From: Atractiella rhizophila
Taxonomy: Eukaryota
Assembly (NCBI GenBank): GCA_021432655.1
Contig: MU271310.1
Coordinates: 62,001-97,726 of the forward strand
DNA length: 35,726 nucleotides
Direction: 5' to 3'
The position numbers and the translations under genes are program-made. A model generated the notes under the pieces. The model did not search any database. It had not been told where the DNA came from and worked only from the letters and a program-made list of their open reading frames with translations. This document shows, piece after piece, positions 1-11,554 of the stretch. How positions within the stretch are numbered: position 1 is the first letter of the stretch; every line of letters begins with the position of its first letter.

Positions 1-1484
1 AACGACCCGCATTTTCAGATCTTTCGAACTCGCCCAGCAAAGCCTCGTTCTCGCCGCGAACCAAGAGACCACGAGTCGAGGGCAAGGTGCTCGATTTTGG
101 GCTGGATTCCAGCTTTCACGATGGCATTGCGCAAAAGTGCGAACAGGAGCTTCGAGGTAGAGAGACGGAGAACGAGCTTTTGAGCCAGTTTATTCGTTCT
201 TCGTCACCCTTCGACGAAGAGACTCAAATTGCATTGAAGCAGGATTCAGCTCTGTATACAGGTTTGGGCCCCTTCGTTCTCCTTTTACCCATCAATTCTT
301 TCTATTATTAACCTAAAAGTGATGCTGTGATAGATATGGATCCTCTCACGACGGCTGGGACAACCTTGGACGCGTATTCTTTCCCTGCTCGTCACATTTC
401 GATCAGTGCGGGAGCCGATCTCTCGCTGAGTGGAGAGAGCTCCTTTGACTCCTCCATCTTTGATCTCAGCTCCAGTTCCTTCTTGTCCATGCCCACCGCT
501 GCAAGGTCCGTCTCGCCGTTGCAACTTTTCCATCCATCACCTGTGCACGAGCCAGAGACAGAAGCTTATCACACTCCCTCCCTCATGCGCGCTTTGCATG
601 GATCGGAGTACTACTACGGCAGCCAATCCCTCCCTCCCCCTCAAAGGGAGAGAGAGATGAGAGAGTTCTCACGCGAACCCACTGCTTTTTCACTCGCGTC
701 TTTGCCCTCTCCTTTTCCCTACCCCAAATCCTTACGTCCAGCCGCCATTGATCTGGACCAAGAGAAAGAGGCGTCTATCAGAGAGTGGATGCGCACCGAT
801 TCCTCGAATTCTTTTATGCCGGAGTCGCCAAGTGCAAGAGCTACGGGAGAAAGCATTCGCAAGGAGGGAAGTGGAGTTGGTGGTAGGAGGAGCGCAAGTG
901 GAAGGAGTACGAACTTCCTGACCGACCCATCGCATTTGGGAATCGAAAATACCTCAGCTAGTCGAGATGGTCCCACTGTTCGCTCTTCCCAGATGATACC
1001 AAGGCGACAGTCGTTGAGAAGGAAGACGAAAGATATACGGGCTATCAACCTTAAAGGGCTCGAAGCGCAGCCATTGTTAGAACCTTTCCTACCTGCTTCA
1101 GCTGCTCCGACGCCTATAACCACGCCTATGCCAATCCCCCTCTCGGCGTATCAATCAACGATGTCGACGGTCAACACTAGCACCACCACTATCGGCACTA
1201 CCAGCACTAGCGCTTCCTCTCTCCCTGCAGGATGCGAAGGCCTCTATGTTGCTACCACGCTACCCTCGCCGCGGACGGTGGTTAGATCTTCGATTGCCTC
1301 CCTCCAAGGATTATTGGACAGAGACGCGCTCGATAAAGTGCGAAGGACAGATTATGCATTGAAAAGGATAGTAGGAGCGGCGAGAGCTCTGGAGGTTGCG
1401 GTGGAGGAGAAGGAGAAGAGAGTAGGGTTTTGTAGAAGGAATGAGACCATGGTGATAAAGAACCAGAAGAAGGCAAAAAAGTGA
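1..1484 (+). CDS. Ser/Pro/Thr-rich, probably disordered hypothetical protein, 5'-partial (exons <1-261 and 334-1484)
   Basis: Frame is open from position 3 (RPAFSDLSNSPSK...). A GT..AG intron at 262-333 joins it in frame (LYT-D-MDP) to the 385-aa ORF ending at TGA 1482-1484. No domain recognised. Confidence 0.7.
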
Positions 1485-3313
1485 AGGTGTGGCGCATTCT
1501 TGGTTTTTGTTGCTTTTTTCTTTGATTCGCTTTGTTGCGTACGACTGGTGTTCTTCGAGCTTCCCTTATGAATCAGTTAATCACTGAGTCTGTATCTGTT
1601 TACCTCGCGTTCAGTTGGTTATCCCTCATTTCATGTTCAGTATTCAGTATCCAGTTAGCAGTATTTGAGCAACCTTCTGTTTGTTGATTATTCATTATTC
1701 CTGTAGAAAATATAGATTTATGCACACCATGTTACCTATCATGCGTTTCAAAGAGACTGTGCCTCTGCTACTGTGGTTCCTGTCATTAAATACAGCAGAG
1801 GACCAAGTGAGGATTTGGGAGTTGTGAACCCTAGTGTCGGTGATCCTTGGAAGCCAAATCAGTTGAGGACTACGCTTACTCCCTCTTACTCAGTTGTTGA
1901 GGCTGCTCGCGCTTGTTCAAGGAGCAAAAACTAACTACCATTCCTTTTTCTGGACGTATCATTTCAACTATCACAGGATTCCACTTGTTGAAAATGAAAA
2001 TCAGCAGAATTCCCTCAGTTGCAGAGAAAGCTAACGTACCAACTTAAACTAGCTTTTTTGCCTGCTCTTCCGTTCTAATCACACCTCTGCTGTAAAAGCT
2101 CTCGTTATACTCTTCAAATGCTTTAGAAAATTTATTGTATCAAGCCGTAGACAAATTGCTCTTCTTCTGTTGGCGTATCTTCGAAAAAGCTTTTACTGGC
2201 GAGACTTTTTTGACAATTCGCAGCCCGAACCAATCATTTTTGGCGTCTCCCACTTCCGCGGCGTTGTCAAGCCCATGGCACCTTCCCAAGAGGGCTTAAC
2301 CACCTTCTCGCCGCGAAATCAATGACTATAACGGTAGCCAACGACCCATCGTCATCAAAATCATGCATAACACTGATCGGAGAAAGATCCTTGTGCACGA
2401 GGCCTAGAAGATGAAGGTGTTTGACCCCTTTGCGAATTTTATCCACCACGAAAGTGGAATCCAGCGTCATGTTTCGCCAACAGCGTCACGGAGAGTTATC
2501 TAATGTTTCTCGAAGCAAAGACCAGTCGCAAAATATTCCGACGGTTGCGTAGCCATAATATCGACAAATGTTTGGGTTGGAATAAGGGAGATAATATCCA
2601 TTTCTTGGTTGTACAGGTCTCTGGTCTGACACGCACCTGGTGGGCCGGATGGGAACTCTGTGAAAATACATTCCTAGGGCGAAGAAAGTCTGGAAGGTCC
2701 TCTGTGGGAGCGCAAGTTCGGTTATCGAAATCAACCAATTTCGAGAAAAAAAATCGATAAATTCCTGTTTCGGTTGGGTGGATTTGCTTCCTTACGTATT
2801 CCACCTGCTCATGCTGCTTTCTGTTGAATATTCTGTTTGATTGGTATTTTGCCAGTTTTGCAATCTCAGTACCAAAGGGAGAGGGAGAGTGGGATTGAAG
2901 GGCCGAGTGCAGCCTATATACTAGCGGTCGCAATACAGACTCGTCACATTCTAGAACTCGAGCCTAGTAATGCTGGAGTAAACTCGTCAGCGCTGCCATC
3001 TTGGTTGAGTGATATAATGGCTTATTTCTGCCTTTTACGCCTATAGATCCTCATACATGTCAAAGCAGATGTGTAGCTTGACAATGCTCATGCTCAGCTT
3101 ATGCGCTTACGCATACCGTTAAGTTGCTTCCAAAGCTACCTCTGACTGCGAGTTCGCGTCAGAGGACCTGAGCCTTTCTCACTGCTCGCCTCAACTGGTG
3201 TGATTTGGCTATTATCAATGTATGGCATTTGAGTCGGACCAGTGATAAAGAACCAAATCTAGGACCAACAGACCACGAGAAAGAAATGAGCCGGAAGGAC
3301 AAGGATTCAAGCT
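1451..3313 (+). repeat. Segment A, copy 1 (near-identical direct copy at 11555-13424)
   Basis: Starts ggtgataaagaaccagaag at both 1451 and 11555. Collinear with scattered SNPs and small indels up to aaggattcaagct, where copy 1 runs into the N gap. Confidence 0.97.
2190..2800 (-). pseudogene. Fungal protein-kinase-like pseudogene (paralog of 33041-33871); boundaries approximate
   Basis: Fragments in different frames: NPNICRYYGY, GLCFEKH*, IRKGVKHLHLLGLVHKDLSPISVM, VIVIDF, EVGDAKNDWFGL. They match the 33-kb kinase motif for motif but carry an in-frame stop and frameshifts. Confidence 0.85.
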
Positions 3314-3338
3314 NNNNNNNNNNNNNNNNNNNNNNNNN
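3314..3338. other. Assembly gap (25 N)
   Basis: Run of 25 N. Confidence 1.
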
Positions 3339-3802
3339 GATGCCAGTATGAGATTCGGAACACCATACGATCGTAGAATGTTTTCGACGTCTAAGTCCGA
3401 TCCCCAACTCAGAGACCGCACTTGGACGCTCGAAGAGGATTCAAGATTCTTTCGAAGTAACGGAACCACCTCGTCCAAGTCCGTGGCTACGATCTGGTCT
3501 GCTTTGCCCTCCCCCAACAGCGGCATCAAAGACTTGGGAAGGTGTCCCGTCCCTGATCCAAGATCGATAATTGTTCTCTTCTCCTCCATGCCAGCCTTCT
3601 CACATTGGAGGATAGAAGCAGGATCGGGATCAAACTGCCACTCTTTCGAATCAAGCAGGTATTCCACCAGACAGGCAGAAGCAGGCCATGTGACGCCAGC
3701 GATGCCATATTCCGCATCGTCGAGATCAGGTGATGGAGAACAATGGAGCGATCGTGAGAGGTCCAAGTTGATCGGAAAATTTGCCTGCTCGTTCAGAGAC
3801 AT
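3339..3802 (-). CDS. Class I SAM-dependent protein-lysine methyltransferase, Methyltransf_16 (METTL21/Efm-like) family; 3' end lost in the gap
   Basis: ATG at 3802 (MSLNEQANFP). Family motifs GIAGVTWPAS, motif I IIDLGSGTG, IVATDLDEVVPLLRKNL, LSWG, then NLILA just before the expected DxxY motif, where the gap begins. Confidence 0.88.
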
Positions 3803-6008
3803 CGTCAAAGAATTGTTTGTGCGTATTTGTCCCTCCTTCCAACTGAACTGAAACAGATCAGATGAAAGAAAACGAAGAGAAGAAGAGATAACCGAGCAGA
3901 CGTACCTTGGCAGAGCATAGAAACTGGAAGAAAGACTGAAATAGAGATGCGCTTTCTAGAAGCGGTAGACGGCATGTGTGCAGCGTCAAGAGCGTATTAC
4001 CCCTTCTGGGTTCAACGAGCTCAGCACCCTGGTATAAATGTCTTAGCAGTAGAAGCTGACCAGTGAGTGAAGGAATAGTCCTCAATAAGTACTCAATTAA
4101 CGTGAACTTGTCATACATGCTCAATGAAGTGGAAAGCAGATTGGACGGATTCCTTGCCAGTGGCTGGGAATGAGGATTTTCCACGAATTTTGGCAGTGAG
4201 CCTATAGACTGGAAAGAACAATGGCAGCTTTTAGATAGCCGTTGCGACAACGAACTATTGACACGAGACCATCGACTGTCTGATCTTGGAACATTTGAAC
4301 TCCAGTGAAAACAAAACTAATCCGGATCTATAATGCACGTGCAATTGAAATTTGATTGTTGAATGCGTACGAACAAGTTATTGAAGCCGTTGTTCATGGG
4401 AGCTCATAAAAGTCCCAGATAACTTTTAGCACTGAGTCGACAGCCTCCAGAATCTCTCACAAATGGACTTTGCTACCGTCCACACGATCTGGGCTGGGTC
4501 CTGGATGGTGAACCTTTTCTACAACGGAGTTCGACACCACCTTAGTAAACTCTCTCAGACGTGGGATGGCTACTGGCATGTAAACTCAGACTGACTACAC
4601 TGTGAAGGGAAGGCTGATTTGCCAAGAAATAGGCAGCAAGATTTCGCTCATTCATTTGTTCGCCACAATGATAAAAGTGCCATCGTTTGGGGATTGCAAA
4701 CTACAAAACTCAAGGATGCCTAGACAGAGGAAAGGATGAGGAATACATCAGAGATGCGCAGAAGGCGATGGGGTGTAACATCGCATGTGGCGTTACAATG
4801 GTGATATAATGGTTTGCCTCTATGATCAATGGAACCTGCTCGTCTAGTATTGTCCATAGACCAAAGCTCGTGTCTCCCAACAGGCTGCAACGTTCTACGT
4901 TCAATCTGAGTCATATTATTTGCCTCCAACTTTTTGGACTTCCACACAACTGGTCTTCTTCTCCGATTATCAAAAAAACAAATTGAAGAGATAGAAAGTC
5001 ACCTCATTGTTTTAGTATTTTAAAGACTTGCTTGCTTTGAGGGTACACAGTCACAGGAATATGTAGAGAATCCATCTAAGTCACTAGCAAACATCAACAA
5101 GAGAATATGGAATGTCTAATTTACGGACATCAGCTGGCAACTTGGAGGATCTAGCTGAACGTCCTAGCAAGTTCATTCCATCCAAGATCATTACTCCCAT
5201 CATTCATGTTTCCTATGTTGGTCTTTATCTGCACAAAAGCAGGAACTTGCCAGAAAGCAATTTTTAAGGCATTTCATGCCACCCATGTCCTTAATAAAGC
5301 AGTTACAAACCGACGATAACCTCGTGGTTTTGCTACGTCCTCAGGCAAAGGGAGTTAAGACTTAAATATGTTGAGCCAGCACGAGCTTTGTGAAGCTAAT
5401 GCGATGGGCAATGGTCAGACAGCGCAGGATTCCCTCGAATGCGACCTGCTCTTTATTTGCCCCCTTATTTGCCCCCCTTGGCTACGGCATATTTATGCCA
5501 TAGCGCCTACGCACGAACACAGCGTTCAAGACCCATTCAAGCAGCAATGGTGCCTTGGACACCAGACTTCGCCAAGGCAGAAGTGTGACTGCAATGACAT
5601 CTATTGATGCTCCTGAGAGCAAGCTAGCCAACAGTTTCGAAAACGGGCCCCAATATCCTTCATAACTCGGAAGGAATGTCTCACACAATCAAAATGCTCA
5701 TCACACATTCACACCCACGCTCGCAAACAGCAAAACGACCCCAAACCCAGCTGTCAAGCTTGCAACAGCGGCGTATCCCATCTCGCTCACCGGGACAGAC
5801 GTCCGCGCTTTTGAGAGGCTGTCCATTCATCAACATAAAGTTAGCAAGCATGTATGATGACGTAGAGGGATGGGACAGACGTAGTAGAATAGAAGCCAAA
5901 ACCAAAAGCAAGAGCGAGGAGGATGGCGGAGAGGACTGGGAGGGTGGATTCCGCTACCGGAGGAGAGAACGAAGGTGCTTTGGGGAGGACTGACTGTCTC
6001 CGTCGTTG

Positions 6009-7267
6009 TCAGTGATATTCCTTAGGTGACAGATAGCGCAGAACAGGAGGCTCACGTTCTGGATGAAGATGGTACACTTGGCCGACCGAGATCCCTGCGG
6101 TCTTTGACTCCCACGTTCTAGTCGTCCCACCCAAGAGTTCTTCAGTGATGACGGTGCGTTTGGTGAAGCACCCTTCACAGCGAAAGGTGCTCCCATTCGA
6201 GGTGCCGAAATTGCAGACTTGTATAGGCAACCAGGTCCCTCTGTTCGGATCCGTAGTGGAGGCGACGGGGGTGGACACTTTAGCGATGCGAATGCGTCGG
6301 AGAGGCTCGAGACTGATTCCTACCTTGACGATGAGGATGGCGATTTGAAGGGCGAGCCAGGGATACGACCAAATATTCAATCCAAGAACGAGGATAGTGG
6401 AAAGACCGTCTATTGCGCCGCTGAGGAGGATACAGATGCCAGCGATGCGAATAGCCTTTCTGTCGTATTTTGCCTCGAACAGGTTGAATGTAGTCGCATA
6501 TTCGGTGTTGAAGCTCAAAGGCGTGCTCTTGACGTTATGTCCGAGCGTGACGACCTGAAGGTGTCGCCAGGCATCTCCTCTCCCGTTCAATTGGAGCGAC
6601 CGTAATCCCATACCCCTCGTGAAGTGCAAGATCGCGATGCCGGCGATCCAGAGAATCATCGCCAGACCCAAGGCGACGGCCAAAGCGACGTTAGTACCTT
6701 CGGCCGCGCAGAACAAAGAGATGACGACCTCGAGAGCATAAATCGGGAGAAAGATGAGGAAACCGCCCAAGGCACGTTGGGTATTTGTTTGCGAAAGCTC
6801 GACGACGTTCGGGAATTGCCCTTTTCCTTGGAAGCTGGCTTCGACGAGGTAATCCTCCGATGGGTTGTGGTTCACGTATTGACTCCCCGAATGACGCTCC
6901 GGAGTCGCAGAGGCTACGTGGGAGAAGACGGGCGAGTAACGATTGACATATTCGTCGTGGGCATATGTGAAATCCGCGACGATGTTGCGGTCTAGGGGCA
7001 GGATGAGTGTTGTCCTGATGTCCTCAGGTAGGGGACGGGAAGGTACTCACAGAGCTCAAGGTTACAGAGCATCACTCCGAGCTGGAGTTTGGCCAAACAC
7101 CTACCAGCTCCAACTCCTCCAAAGATAAGAGTGACTGGAAGAATGCGAGAAGCGACCATCTTGACGTTTTGGGTCTTGCCGGTCAAAATGGGAACGAGCG
7201 AAAGGAGGGAACTGATCCCATTGATATTCTTCAAAGCGGTTGCAAGAGAACGATCCGTGCCTGACAT
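6009..7267 (-). CDS. Uncharacterised 4-TM membrane protein, C-terminally truncated version (about 399 aa; exons 7267-7051 and 6991-6009)
   Basis: Probable ATG at 7267 (MSGTDRSLATALK). A GTGAGT..TAG intron at 7050-6992 joins in frame (LEL-Y-RNIV). Four hydrophobic segments. Diverges from copy 2 after LRYLSP and stops at KEYH*. Confidence 0.72.
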
Positions 7268-7970
7268 TTTTGTTGAAGCTTTTCTGGAAGGAAGGAACAT
7301 CGTATTCCGGCGCCTTTTATATGGTCGCATTTCAGCCTCGAGGCTGATACAAGGATGTTTCGGTCGTGAGCTGAACAAGACGCACGGAGTCATCTGCCGA
7401 ACTGGACGGGCTTCAATACGTTCGATATTCACGAACAAGAAATTGCTGATCCAAGACTTGCTTGGATGTGAGCTGAACAACACGGAGGAAGTCATCCTCC
7501 GTGTGCTCCCGTCGAACTGGACGAGTTCAATTCATTCACGACAAAAAACCAATTGAGAGCTATCATTTGTGTTCGTACGGCACACACGCAATTCAGAGGG
7601 ACGCCTTCCATCTTGTCCTCTCCAACCCTCTCCCTCTTCTCTGGGAGCGTATGCGACCGACTTGTTACGGCGGCAACGTAAATCCAGAATATTGAGGAAT
7701 GTTCTTGAAAGGGACGATGGTGGCGTCCTGGACGTGTTGGACGCGAACGTGATCACATTGAAGAAAATAAAAATGGGATTGGACTTAGAAGCGTGTTGTT
7801 GCTGTTGTTGCCGTTGGTGTGTTGTTAATCATATATGAGAGGCATCATATATATGGGAGGCATCATATATATGGGAGGCATCATATATATGGGAGGCATC
7901 ATATATATGAGAGGCATCATATATGAGAGGCATCAGACTATAGTTCTATATTCTGGCGGATAAAGATTAC
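6025..7970 (+). repeat. Segment C, copy 1 (direct copy at 15719-17590)
   Basis: Homology begins ggtgacagatagcgcag at 6025/15719 and ends ggcggataaagattac at 7970/17590. SNPs and small indels differ between the copies. Confidence 0.97.
7828..7935. repeat. 16-18 bp minisatellite, about 6 units (AGGCATCATATATATG[G/A]G)
   Basis: AGGCATCA recurs at about 7840, 7858, 7876, 7894, 7912 and 7928. The core CATATATATG is palindromic. The other copy has only 2 units (about 17519-17555). Confidence 0.95.
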
Positions 7971-8586
7971 ACCGCTAACTTGAACCCACTTCCTGGGGAG
8001 GTGGAGTTGACATGTTTTTAGCTGGTGGTTGACATTTGAAAGTGAATTGTCACCACGTTCCCACCAGGAGCGAACGCCGAATATGTATTTTGGTGACGAC
8101 GTCAACTCAAAATCATGTAATCTGCAATAACATTTTATGTCTCAGCCACTTGGAATACAAGTGTTCCCCGAAAGTCGGCAGCGTCAATGTACGAGGAGAA
8201 CCAAAAGCTTGATGCAAATGGCAGCTTGTACAGGGGTTCTATGCACCTGCCAGCTATGTGCTGGAGTCTGTCCCGCCATCACGATTCGGATTCCTCAGCT
8301 GCAGCTGTCCCACCCCTCTGCTTTCCTTGCTATTACAGAGGCACTTCCCGGAGTGAGAGTGTATGAATAGAATAGTCTAATTGCAGCAATATAGACGAAC
8401 AGTCGTAAAAAAGACTCTGACACGAAGTAGTGAACTGAACAGACTGGAACGAATTAGCGAAGATGAGGGAATGTGATAATAGTCCTTGTCATCGAATTCA
8501 GGGCATAGCCTGTGGAACGTGTTAGACAAATGTAATAAGAAACGCAGCTTAGAAAGATCACGGAAGCGTACCTGCAAGTTAACGCT

Positions 8587-9914
8587 CTAGAGACCAGCTG
8601 ATAAAGTCTCGACGTCACGCAAAGCATCTCGAGACTCTGGCTGAACGGGCCACTTTTGTATATCCCAAGTAAACCACTGGGTATAGAACCTACGGTAATA
8701 CTAAACTTAACAGGAGAACGATGGCAGATGCAAAGTAAACGAACTTATCTATTTCAGCCGCCCCTCCTTTTCGCACCTCATTCAACTTTGCGTCAATCTT
8801 GTTCCAAAAATCTTTCGAAGTGAAAGGGCCATGCTGTCGATCAAAGAAGGAGCGCTGGAAGGACCCATTAGCCTGTTTACAATTACTCTGCTATGGAACA
8901 CTCACAAGAAATGCGAGCCGTCTTTGAAGTTCTGCGCTTGGTCGAATGTTGAAGCCGCTAACAGCGGCCACCGTCAGTCTCACAATGTCCCATTCGTTCA
9001 GAATAGCTTTCTCAATCTGGAAACCATTAGAACATAGCATGCAGTACGATACGGAACGCTCACAAGGCCTTTAAGATTGGAGCGCTCCTGACCCGCTTCA
9101 TATTCGATTTCCTTCATCAACGTTGTCTTCATGACTGGGTCTAATGTCCATGCTGCTGCAAAAATGGTTGTTCCGGCATCTCGCTCAACCTTCTCAATGT
9201 ATTTCTATCGTGAAATCAGTGAATGAGCTCGGTGTGAAACAGAAGGCACTGACCCTGGCCCGATCCCCAAACTTCAATTTGTAAGCAAATAGATCATGAG
9301 CGCGAAGTAGCTCAGAGATGAGTTGGCGAAGATAATCCTGCAGACAAGTGTTAGGCAATGGTACTTAGCAAGATACACACACACCTTCATCTCTTTACTA
9401 ACCGTCCACTGTTGAACGAGGGCATGACGATGCTGTCTCACTTCACAAATAATAACGAGGAGATCTGCCTTGAGCTCCACCTTCTGTAATGCTTCGTGCG
9501 CATATCCGTTATACAAGAAGACGGTGACACACTGTATCTTCATTCAGATCACAGAAAGGGACTTACGGCGCCAAACTGGAGCAAATTAGGAAGATCTAGG
9601 GCCTCTAACGCAGGGCGGGCAGCAATGAGGCCTTCTACTGCAGTGCGAAATTCTTGGAAGCTCAACTCCCTGCTGGTCATGGTCGTGGTCGCCTCTTGAA
9701 CTTGTTGTCTTGGCAGCCGATGTCTCAGCGCTTCCTCACCTGAGTTAGCCACATCACGGTGATTCTGTCGCTGTTGTGCAAATGGATCTCGGGCCTCATC
9801 GTTTGATCCTGGCGTAGATGTCATCCCGTGATTATGAGTGCCGCTGTCTGGCTGGTAAGGACTCCCGAAGCGTGATCGATTGACTGTGTCGATAGTTGCA
9901 AGGAAATCTGACAT
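8587..9914 (-). CDS. Spliced transposon accessory gene, function unknown
   Basis: ATG at 9914 (MSDFLATIDTVNRSRFGSP). Several GT..AG introns. A late exon reads SKDFWNKIDAKLNEVRKGG (about 8760-8820) and the last exon FYTQWFTWDIQKWP...LSAGL* ends at 8587. Internal exon boundaries were not all resolved. Confidence 0.62.
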
Positions 9915-10647
9915 TGTAGCCAAAATACAGCTTCCCTAGCCCTGACAATTGAGCATTGAATCCAAAGGCACAAAAAAGAGTGTACTCACAGAATGATATC
10001 AAAGAGCAAGTGAGCAGGTTCCACTGGATTGATTTTTTTTGAGCAGAAAAACTTGAACGGTCTTTTATACCTGAAGGAGGACTCGCTGATCCGTGGGGTC
10101 GCCCACATATTGACCTGGCGAAACACTGTGAGAGAGGGTGACGGGATCAACTGGGGGAAATGAGGTTTGTGAGGAGACCATCAGTGTTGTGTTGTTTCGA
10201 ACTTGGTGAAAATTTTCAAACATGACACCCTGAGGGTTTCCTCAACGTGTTTCTGTTCACGTGAAGGAATCTCTTGACATCGATGTTGTTGGATAATGAA
10301 ATGATATATGTTGTGCCATTGTGATATTAACATGGGCCTATTGCTAGGTGAGAGCGCATGCACTGTTGAGAAATATTTGTTTTATTGTGTTTCTGCCTGG
10401 TCGCTTCCTGGCCCTTATCGTCCGCAATCAGACGGAACCTGAGTGTCCCTTATGATGAAACAGGGGACTTGGTCAACAGCTTCAGCTAAGATGTATAGCT
10501 CTGTGGGCTGGTGGTGGATCCAAATATTTGGTGGACTGTTCAGAATGCACAGAGCCAGCGTGTATTGTGCAGAGTGCAGCGTTATATCAGCCTGCAATTG
10601 AGGTCAAACACATTTTGCGGTGAGGGTTACATTCAAAGTGAAAAAGG

Positions 10648-11553
10648 ATGGCTGGTATTAGCACAGACTTCTGCCTCCTCCCAGATGGTCGATTTGGATG
10701 TCAGTTCTGCCCAGAAGTCATATTCTCCAAACCCTCTGATACTATCCGACACGAGAAGCGCTTGGCTCATCAAGAAAGAAAGGCAACTATCAACATGTCG
10801 GTTGAGGAGGAGTCTACTTTTCAGCTCGACGCATATGCTGCAGAGTATCAAAATAATCGGTTCAGGACTCCTGTTGGGCCAACGTACGAGCAGGGAGGAG
10901 ATGCTCTGCCGGATTTTTTCCTTCAGAAGTCTTCTTTTGTCCAGGGTGTGGTGGAGGATGTCATCAGAGAGTGTCATCCGATGCAGATTGAAGATGAGGA
11001 CGTCGAAGAAACCGAACAGCTTAAGCTGGCGCACGAAGAATATTCTAGAGCAAGATATATCTTAGACAACTCAGATGAAGAGTTTGAGTTGGGGGACTTT
11101 AAGGGAGAAGAGGAGCTTGATTTGACATCAGAAGTGGACGAGGAAGGTACATGTTTCCTCATTTATTTTACCCACCTAAGTGATTCCTTTGAAGATGTTC
11201 TGCCAGAACGAGGCAGACTGCAGGTTCCAGTCTCTGAGGAGTCTGATGGCTGGTTTCCTTACAAGAATAAACAGGTATGTTCTAATGCTGTTGTATTCAG
11301 TATTCTAATCAGATCTTATACAGCATGCCCTGTGTGATCTCCTCCTCAACCTTTTACGGCACAAGATTCCAGAATCCCTTCGCAAACTCCTTTGGAAGTT
11401 GATACCGGAACTTGGGCCTGAGAAATCCCTGTTTAAAGCTGAACTACCATCAAAGGAACGGATGAAAGCATTTGCGGAGGAGATGAGAGAGGTTGGAGTA
11501 GGCGCTCGTACTCATGAGTATCATGGCCATCGGGGGAACTTGGTGTATGTGAA
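10648..11553 (+). CDS. Transposase, 5' part (C2H2-type zinc finger plus acidic region), interrupted at 11553
   Basis: MAGIST...CQFC-x12-HEKRLAH, a D/E-rich tract, WFPYKNK, introns near 11148 and 11275, then ...GHRGNLVYV. It continues in frame at 17761 as N-DLNTMIAE. Confidence 0.8.
11477..11553 (+). repeat. 77-bp exact direct repeat, left copy
   Basis: gaggagatgagagagg...ggtgtatgtgaa is identical to 17684-17760. The pair brackets the 11554-17683 block. Confidence 0.97.
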
Positions 11554-11554
11554 A

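Noticed and set aside
3159..3313. Treating sequence left of the gap as the methyltransferase C-terminus
   Set aside because: ORFs crossing the N run are artefacts of a gap of unknown true size, and no Methyltransf_16 C-terminal motif is recognisable.
3858..5993. Short ORFs between the methyltransferase and segment C
   Set aside because: No recognisable domain or consistent exon chain.
6145..7556. Plus-strand ORFs over the membrane-protein gene, and similar antisense ORFs over the ABC, F-box and transposase genes
   Set aside because: Shadow ORFs of real genes on the opposite strand, with no motifs of their own.
7828..7935. Repeat array resembling a CRISPR
   Set aside because: Units are adjacent with no unique spacers, no cas genes are present and the context is eukaryotic. 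It is a minisatellite.
11477..11553. 77-bp repeat as the TSD of a mobile element
   Set aside because: Far too long for a transposase TSD, and the enclosed block is local sequence without element ends or a mobility gene.
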